Shown here: positions 41,817-47,482 of the stretch, piece by piece
How positions within the stretch are numbered: position 1 is the stretch's first letter
Layout of the letters: each line of letters begins with the position of its first letter
Assembly: GCA_038078695.1 (NCBI GenBank)
Contig: JBBTVS010000012.1
Span: 1 to 47,482, forward strand
Length of the DNA stretch: 47,482 nucleotides
Direction: 5' to 3'
DNA from: Patescibacteria group bacterium
GTDB taxonomy: Bacteria > Patescibacteriota > Patescibacteriia > UBA9629
Translations under genes and position numbers: made by a program
The notes under the pieces: generated by a model
Told to the model about the DNA's origin: nothing
Database searches by the model: none
Seen by the model: the letters and a program-made list of their open reading frames with translations, nothing else

Positions 41817-43484
41817 CTAAATATTTTTAATCATATAACCCCATTTTTCCTCCAGCTTATATCCTAATTTTCTATAATATTCTCTTACTCCAACCCCTGA
41901 TATCACTGTGAGTTTATCATAACCGGCAGATTTGGCAATTTTTTCAGCATGATGCAAAAGCCTTTTGCCTAAGCCGCGGTGTTGCGCGAATTTGGAATTT
42001 AAAATTTGGAATTTAGAATTTAGCGGAGCAGGCGAACCATATGTATGAAGTTCGCGAATTAAGGCAGCATGACGCAAAATTGGCAGTTGACTTTTAAGAT
42101 CTCCTGACAGAAATCGCAGGCGCGTAAAAGCATATAAAATTTGTCGATCTGCACTCTCAAAAGAGATAAAATATTCTATGCCGCCCGACGCGTTATATTT
42201 ATCTATAAATAATTTTGCATTTTGCATTTTCATTTTAAATTTTGCATTTTGAATTTTGAATTGATTGCCTACTTCTCTGCACCTGATGCATGTACAAGTA
42301 TAATTCATCTGCGCCTGCACCATCTCTCTAATATTTATGTGCTTGCATCCTTCAACAATATCGCAAGATGGCACATCGCGATAAATCCGTTCAATGCGCA
42401 CATAAGGCGGCACAAATTTTTTCATCTGCGCCAAAAGGCCAATCAATGTTTTATCATTGTAAGTTTTATATTTGCCCTGCTTCCACCGGCGATAAAGCGG
42501 CGTATTTTTTAAAACCACGCAAGGGTATATCTTTAATTGATCAGGCCGCAAATTTGGATCGTCAAACAGCTCTTTAAATGTTTGCAAATCCAGTTTAGCA
42601 GTTGAACCAGGCAAATTAGGCATAATATGATAGCAAATTTTAAAACCAGCATCTTTAAGCAATTTAGTTGCGCGCAGTACATCATTTTTAGTTTGATCCC
42701 GTTTGATCAAATCAAGCACTTTTTGATCCAAATGCTGGATCCCTAACTCAACTTTTGTCACCCCAAACTTTCGTAGCTGCTTTATTTCTTCTAAAGTAAT
42801 ATAATCTGGTCTTGTTTCTATTGATAGACCAACGCAGCGATGTTGAGCGGTTTCATTGTTTCTTTGTAATTCTGTTAACCTCTGACCCACTGCTTTTATT
42901 TGGGATTTAGGATTTGGGATTTGATTAGAAATTAAAAATTGGAAATTAGAAATTGAAAAATTATTTAACCCTCTATACAATTCCCTAATAAACCAACTTT
43001 GATACTTGCGCGGATACGCGCTCCAAGTTCCTCCTAAAATTCGCAGTTCAACCTTCTCCAATTTATGGCCGTTATTATAAAAGGCTTGCATGCGCCCCTG
43101 TACCTGTCTAAAAGGACTATATTTAAAACGCAAAGCGCGCGCAGCCGCCGGCTGGGAAGGCAAATAGCTTTTTGGCATTAAGGCATTGCTTGGACAGTAG
43201 ATACAGCGGCCCGGACAAGGATAAGGTTTAGCGGCTACTGCGACCGGCGCGACGCCTGACAAAGTTCGCACACGGCGCTTAATCAATAAATCCTCCAACC
43301 GCGGCTCAACTTTAATTTTATTAACAGCTAAACATTCGCGATAAATTTTCAACAGCCAATTATTGTTTACAATCCCGATATTAAAATCCCGCGCAAGCTG
43401 ACGTTTGGCGCGGGAAAGTTGTTCTGCTGTGGTTATGTGTTGGCTAGTTATTGATTGGATGATCTTAATTGATTTGTCGTTCAT
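41817..43484 (-). CDS. elp3: Elp3-like radical SAM + GNAT acetyltransferase (tRNA U34 cm5-modification enzyme homolog)
   Basis: rSAM motif KPYPCPGRCIYCP, CVGLSIETRPDYIT, VTKVELGIQ, CIRCREVG, and GNAT motif QHRGLGKRLLHHAEKIA. Three repeat-encoded low-complexity loops. Confidence 0.8.
   Translation of the reverse strand: MNDKSIKIIQSITSQHITTAEQLSRAKRQLARDFNIGIVNNNWLLKIYRECLAVNKIKVEPRLEDLLIKRRVRTLSGVAPVAVAAKPYPCPGRCIYCPSNALMPKSYLPSQPAAARALRFKYSPFRQVQGRMQAFYNNGHKLEKVELRILGGTWSAYPRKYQSWFIRELYRGLNNFSISNFQFLISNQIPNPKSQIKAVGQRLTELQRNNETAQHRCVGLSIETRPDYITLEEIKQLRKFGVTKVELGIQHLDQKVLDLIKRDQTKNDVLRATKLLKDAGFKICYHIMPNLPGSTAKLDLQTFKELFDDPNLRPDQLKIYPCVVLKNTPLYRRWKQGKYKTYNDKTLIGLLAQMKKFVPPYVRIERIYRDVPSCDIVEGCKHINIREMVQAQMNYTCTCIRCREVGNQFKIQNAKFKMKMQNAKLFIDKYNASGGIEYFISFESADRQILYAFTRLRFLSGDLKSQLPILRHAALIRELHTYGSPAPLNSKFQILNSKFAQHRGLGKRLLHHAEKIAKSAGYDKLTVISGVGVREYYRKLGYKLEEKWGYMIKNI
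41988..42023. repeat. Heptamer array translated inside elp3 (protein PLNSKFQILNSKFA)
   Basis: gaatttg gaattta aaatttg gaattta gaatttag. Confidence 0.8.
42211..42264. repeat. Heptamer array translated inside elp3 (protein NQFKIQNAKFKMKMQNAKLF)
   Basis: aattttgcattttgcattttcattttaaattttgcattttgaattttgaattga. Its reverse complement shares caaaattcaaaatgcaaaatt with the rpoC-upstream spacer 47166-47219. Confidence 0.85.
42899..42965. repeat. Heptamer array translated inside elp3 (protein NNFSISNFQFLISNQIPNPKSQIK)
   Basis: Coding sense: aattttt caatttc taatttc caatttt taatttc taatcaa atcccaa atcctaa atcccaa. Gives a 7-aa protein periodicity FSISNFQ/FLISNQI/PNPKSQI. Confidence 0.85.
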
Positions 43485-46400
43485 TATGATATTCTACAAA
43501 GCCGGTGCCGGCAGGTATTAAGCGGCCGATAATAACATTTTCTTTCAGCCCGCAAAGCCGGTCTATTTGACCAGTGATAGCCGCGTTAATTAAAATATGA
43601 GAAGTTTGCTGGAAAGAAGCCGCGGACAAGAAAGAACTGGTATTTAAAGCCGCTTTAGTCATTCCTAAAAATAATCTCTCAAATTTAGCAGGCTTTTTGC
43701 CTTTCTTTAATCGCTCATTAGTCTTTTTTATATCTGAAACCTTGATAATGTCTCCGGGAATTAAATCAGTATCGCCAGCGTCTAGAACCTTGCCGCGAGA
43801 AAATAATTGCCTCAAAATAATCTCAATATGCTTATCATTAAGATCTTGTCCTTGGGAAGAATAGATGAGCTGGACTTCTTTAATAATGTATCTTTGAACA
43901 GCTTCTCTGCCATTAAGAATATAGTACTCTTTTAAATCCAAGGAGCCTTCTGTTAAAGGCTGACCTTGGCTCACCAAATCCTTATCTTGCACCAAAATTA
44001 TTAAATCAGAGGGCACTTTATAAAGTTTCTTATTTTTTTCGTCTTGGCTGCACACCTCTACAGATTGGCTCTCTTCTTCTTTAATGACTCTTACTTTTCC
44101 GGCAAAAGGAGCCAGCACAGCTGGTTTTTTAATTGTTCTTATTTCAAAAAGCTCTTCTACCCGGGGCAACCCTTGAGTAATATCAGCGCCAACCACGCCG
44201 CCTGTATGAAAAGTCCTCATAGTTAACTGCGTGCCTGGCTCGCCAATGCTTTGAGCAGCTATAATCCCCACGGCAGTTCCTTTTTGCACCAAAGCATTGT
44301 AGCACAAATCCCAGCCATAACACTTTTGACAAACTCCGTTCTTGCTCTTGCACTCTAATACTGAACGAATTTCTATCTCATCAACTCCAGTTCTTTTAAT
44401 TTTTTCAAGATAAGCCTCATCAATTAAAGTATCTTTAGGCACAACCACCTCTCCATTTTTATTTGCAACATCCTTGTTAGTTACTCTGCCTAAAATACGT
44501 TTTTCCAAGGTTTGATTAATTTCCAGACTATCTGCTCTTGTAATAATTTTTCCATTCTTTGTTCCGCAATCCTGCTCTGTTATTACCACATCTTGAGACA
44601 CATCTACTAAACGTCTAGTTAAATATCCAGCGTTAGCAGTCCGCAAAGCTATGTCTGTTAAACCTTTTCTGGTTCCGTGAGTAGAAATAAAATATTCTAA
44701 TACATCAAAACCTTCTTTAAAAGAGGCTTTAATAGGCAATTCAATTGTTTCGCCCGAAGGGCTGGTAACAAGTCCTTTGATTCCCATCATCTGCGCGGTT
44801 TGCCCCCATGAGCCGCGAGCTCCAGATTCTATCATTGAATACACGGGATTTAAAACATTCACGCTTAAAGCGCGCTTGGCTGAATCAGTAATTTTGTCCT
44901 TTACTTCGGCCCAAATTTCAATAACTTTGGCGTATCTTTCTTCGCGAGACAGCAAACCCATAGTAAATTGTTTTGCAATTTGATCAACCATGCTTTGAGC
45001 TTCTTCTAAAATAGATTGTTTATCTTGCAATTCCGACAAATCGTTGCTTGCCCAAGTTAATCCAGAACGAGTTAAATATTTAAACGAACCCTGCATTAAA
45101 GTATCTAAAAACTCCGCAGTGCGTTCCCTGCCGCAAAGCTCTAAAATTTTGCTAACCATCCGCTTAAGCGACGATTTGTCCATTTGTCCATTTACAAAAC
45201 CGAGTTCTTTTGGCAAAAATTGATTAAAAATAATACGCCCAACGCTGGTCTCTTTTAAATCGTTTTCTATCTTAATTAAAACTTTATCCTGCAATTTAAT
45301 TCTTCTATTTTCATAAGCTAATAAAGCATCTCCTGGACCAGCGAAAATATACCTCATATCTTTGATCTCCTGATTTTCTTTAGGAATAGTTGTTAAATAA
45401 TAACAGCCTAAAACAATATCTTGAGTAGGCACGGTAATAGGATCGCCGGTGGCCGGCTTTAGCAAATTTTTGCTTGACAGCATTATATTAGCCGCTTCCC
45501 ACTTAGCTTGTTTGGTTAAGGGCACATGAACTGCCATTTGATCGCCATCAAAATCAGCATTAAAAGCAGTACAAACTAATGGATGAAGTTGTATAGCCTT
45601 GCCTTCTATTAAAACAGGATTAAAAGCTTGAATGCCTAAGCGATGCAAAGTCGGCGCGCGATTCAATAAAACATGAACATTGGCAACGATTTCCTCTAAA
45701 ACATCCCAAACTTCAGGTGCGCCCGTATCTATAAAACGATTGGCGCTGCGCACATTGTGCACAATTTCTCTTTCTATCAGCTTGCTGATGACAAAAGGCC
45801 GGAAAAGCTCTAATGCCATTATTTTAGGCAAACCGCATTGATTTAATTTTAATCTAGGACCTACCACAATCACACTGCGCCCTGAATAATCCACTCTTTT
45901 GCCTAATAAGTTTTTTCTAAATCGGCCTTGTTTGCCCTTTAGCATATCAGCGATAGATTTTAAAACTCGTTTTTGCCCGGTGGAGGCGGTTACTGTCTTT
46001 CCTCGGCGGGCTGAGTTGTCAATTAAAGCATCCACAGCTTCCTGCAACATTCTTTTTTCGTTTCTTTGAATTACCTCTGGCGCGCCCAAATCTTTTAATC
46101 TTTTTAAACGATTATTTCGATTAATTACCCTCCTGTAAAGGTCATTTAAATCGCTGGCAGCGAAACGGCCGCCGTCTAACTGCACCATCGGACGCAAATC
46201 CGGCGGAACTACTGGGAGAACCGTTAAAATCATCCATTCAGGACGCAATTGATTCTGAGCAAAAGCTGAAAGCACGTGCAAACGACGGTCAATCTTCATC
46301 GCGCCAATTTTATTTTTTACCTTCTTAGCTTGAATCTTGCTAATTTCCGTTTGTAAATCAACCTTGCCTAAAAGTTCTTGAATTGCTTCAGCGCCAATGC

Positions 46401-47160
46401 CGGCAACAAAAACATGTCCGTATTTTAAAGACAAATTTTGATATTCTATCTCAGAAATAATTTTATATACCTTAAGATTATTTAAATCTGTTTTAGCAGT
46501 ATAATAAGCCTGGTCAAGCTCATTTAATTTCATCGCTTCCAATTTTTGCGTTCTGTTTATCTCTTTCTGATTAGCTTCTTTATCCTTTGCCTGAATTGAT
46601 CTTATCCTATCTTGTAAAGACTTCTTAAGACCTTTAGCTTTAGTTTTATATTCATGCTCTATTTGGACCATAGCTTCCTTTTTTAATTTTTCGTCAACAA
46701 AAGTAATTATAAAATTAGCAAAATATAAAACTTTCTCCAACTCATTAATGGAGATGCCTAAAACCATCGCTATGATAGAAGGAACGCCTCTGGCAAACCA
46801 AATGTGGGAGACTGGAGATGCCAATTCAATACTGCCCATGCGCTCTCTGCGCACTAAAGATCTGGTAACTTCTACGCCGCACTTATCGCAAATCACGCCT
46901 TTATACCGGACTCTTTTATATTTACCGCAATAGCACTCCCAATCTTTAGAAGGACCAAAGATCCGTTCGCAAAATAAACCATCCATTTCCGGTTTTTGCG
47001 TGCGATAATTGATGGTTTCCGGCTTTAAAACTTCGCCATGGGACCAGTCCCTGATATTTTCCGGCGAGGCCAAACGGAGCCGAATGGAATCAAAATCAGG
47101 AGTTTTTAAAGCCTCAATATGAGAAAAGACAGTGGTTTTGGTGGTAGATGGAGTAGACAT
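43465..47160 (-). CDS. rpoC: DNA-directed RNA polymerase subunit beta'
   Basis: Zn-binding [23 protein letters not shown], catalytic [12 protein letters not shown], bridge-helix/trigger-loop regions, 1231 aa. Confidence 0.97.
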   Translation of the reverse strand: MSTPSTTKTTVFSHIEALKTPDFDSIRLRLASPENIRDWSHGEVLKPETINYRTQKPEMDGLFCERIFGPSKDWECYCGKYKRVRYKGVICDKCGVEVTRSLVRRERMGSIELASPVSHIWFARGVPSIIAMVLGISINELEKVLYFANFIITFVDEKLKKEAMVQIEHEYKTKAKGLKKSLQDRIRSIQAKDKEANQKEINRTQKLEAMKLNELDQAYYTAKTDLNNLKVYKIISEIEYQNLSLKYGHVFVAGIGAEAIQELLGKVDLQTEISKIQAKKVKNKIGAMKIDRRLHVLSAFAQNQLRPEWMILTVLPVVPPDLRPMVQLDGGRFAASDLNDLYRRVINRNNRLKRLKDLGAPEVIQRNEKRMLQEAVDALIDNSARRGKTVTASTGQKRVLKSIADMLKGKQGRFRKNLLGKRVDYSGRSVIVVGPRLKLNQCGLPKIMALELFRPFVISKLIEREIVHNVRSANRFIDTGAPEVWDVLEEIVANVHVLLNRAPTLHRLGIQAFNPVLIEGKAIQLHPLVCTAFNADFDGDQMAVHVPLTKQAKWEAANIMLSSKNLLKPATGDPITVPTQDIVLGCYYLTTIPKENQEIKDMRYIFAGPGDALLAYENRRIKLQDKVLIKIENDLKETSVGRIIFNQFLPKELGFVNGQMDKSSLKRMVSKILELCGRERTAEFLDTLMQGSFKYLTRSGLTWASNDLSELQDKQSILEEAQSMVDQIAKQFTMGLLSREERYAKVIEIWAEVKDKITDSAKRALSVNVLNPVYSMIESGARGSWGQTAQMMGIKGLVTSPSGETIELPIKASFKEGFDVLEYFISTHGTRKGLTDIALRTANAGYLTRRLVDVSQDVVITEQDCGTKNGKIITRADSLEINQTLEKRILGRVTNKDVANKNGEVVVPKDTLIDEAYLEKIKRTGVDEIEIRSVLECKSKNGVCQKCYGWDLCYNALVQKGTAVGIIAAQSIGEPGTQLTMRTFHTGGVVGADITQGLPRVEELFEIRTIKKPAVLAPFAGKVRVIKEEESQSVEVCSQDEKNKKLYKVPSDLIILVQDKDLVSQGQPLTEGSLDLKEYYILNGREAVQRYIIKEVQLIYSSQGQDLNDKHIEIILRQLFSRGKVLDAGDTDLIPGDIIKVSDIKKTNERLKKGKKPAKFERLFLGMTKAALNTSSFLSAASFQQTSHILINAAITGQIDRLCGLKENVIIGRLIPAGTGFVEYHNERQIN

Positions 47161-47165
47161 GGAAT

Positions 47166-47219
47166 AAATTTAAAATTCAAAATGCAAAATTCAAAATGCA
47201 AAATTCAAAATTTAAAATT
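47166..47219. repeat. Heptamer array (aaaattc aaaatgc)n immediately upstream of rpoC
   Basis: aaatttaaaattcaaaatgcaaaattcaaaatgcaaaattcaaaatttaaaatt. Confidence 0.9.
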
Positions 47220-47221
47220 GT

Positions 47222-47482
47222 TTATTTCTGATTTTGTATGTGCGTTTCTATAACATCAATAACATGGTCTAAAGTTTGATTTGCTACAGTTATATCCTCT
47301 TGAGTTGTTAATTTTGCTTTTGCAAGTTTTCCGCAAGTTTTATAAAAATTATTCATTATCGCACTATCAAAAGTTAAATCAGGGTAAAGATAAACAAAGC
47401 TGGATATTCTTAAAGATATAGCATTAAAAAATTGCTTTCTAACTTTATAAGCTCCTGTTGTTGTTTTGATTTCTATAGGAAT
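47222..47482 (-). CDS. Hypothetical protein, C-terminal 86 codons only (runs off the window)
   Basis: Manual translation of the minus strand gives an open frame from the window edge: IPIEIKTTTGAYKVRKQFFNAISLRISSFVYLYPDLTFDSAIMNNFYKTCGKLAKAKLTTQEDITVANQTLDHVIDVIETHIQNQK, ending at stop 47222-47224. Not rpoB-like. Absent from the ORF track because it has no start in the window. Confidence 0.4.
   Translation of the reverse strand: MPIEIKTTTGAYKVRKQFFNAISLRISSFVYLYPDLTFDSAIMNNFYKTCGKLAKAKLTTQEDITVANQTLDHVIDVIETHIQNQK

Noticed and set aside
1-47482. Alternative genetic code (UGA recoding as in some candidate phyla)
   Set aside because: TGA terminates conserved genes at the expected C-termini (glyA, trxA, trmD, the AbrB-like gene), and no conserved gene is interrupted by in-frame TGA. 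The standard bacterial code fits.

Overview
This is a 47.5-kb, gene-dense, AT-rich bacterial chromosomal fragment. It holds about 50 protein genes and 3 tRNAs, and many gene junctions overlap by 1-20 nt. It reads cleanly with the standard code: TGA, TAA and TAG all terminate well-conserved genes. All calls come from motif recognition by eye; no database search was run.

Most of the content is housekeeping:
- Minus strand: a galT-like gene plus three GT4 glycosyltransferases, then ruvC and yebC.
- Plus strand: S1-like gene, ftsH, a membrane protein, yidD, yidC and a DUF721-like gene.
- Plus strand: HD hydrolase, glyA, an MgtE-N-like soluble protein and an NRAMP.
- Minus strand: KH protein and trmD; transketolase, tRNA-Val, tRNA-Leu, rplS and gmk; an RluA-family synthase, gdh and trxA.
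- Plus strand: secG, an SBP, tRNA-Leu, rnj and trpS.
- Minus strand: rpsO, pnp, a hypothetical gene and fba.
- An AmmeMemoRadiSam gene pair.
- Minus strand: rpoC, elp3, a DJ-1-family gene and a pfkB-family gene.

Several features point to a small-genome uncultivated lineage such as Patescibacteria/CPR, as inference only: a 3-domain S1 protein, a YebC lacking its middle domain, a two-half transketolase, RNase J, a bacterial Elp3, and charged tails on ribosomal proteins.

The observations most worth a second look:
1. A dispersed family of heptamer-periodic TTTGACA-type repeat elements with GC hairpin cores. They fill intergenic spacers and are also translated in frame inside transketolase and Elp3.
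2. A second small hairpin repeat family with compensatory stem changes. One copy supplies the C-terminus and stop codon of trmD.
3. A soluble MgtE-N/CBS sensor-like protein encoded directly upstream of an NRAMP with non-canonical metal-site motifs. This may be a two-component Mg2+ transporter.
4. A fused Memo-AMMECR1 gene lying back to back with its radical SAM partner, with 9 bp between the start codons.
5. A B12-radical-SAM gene coupled to a Trp-rich secreted protein.
6. An AbrB / antirepressor-like module at the window edge.
7. A frameshift in essential gmk at a homopolymer run.
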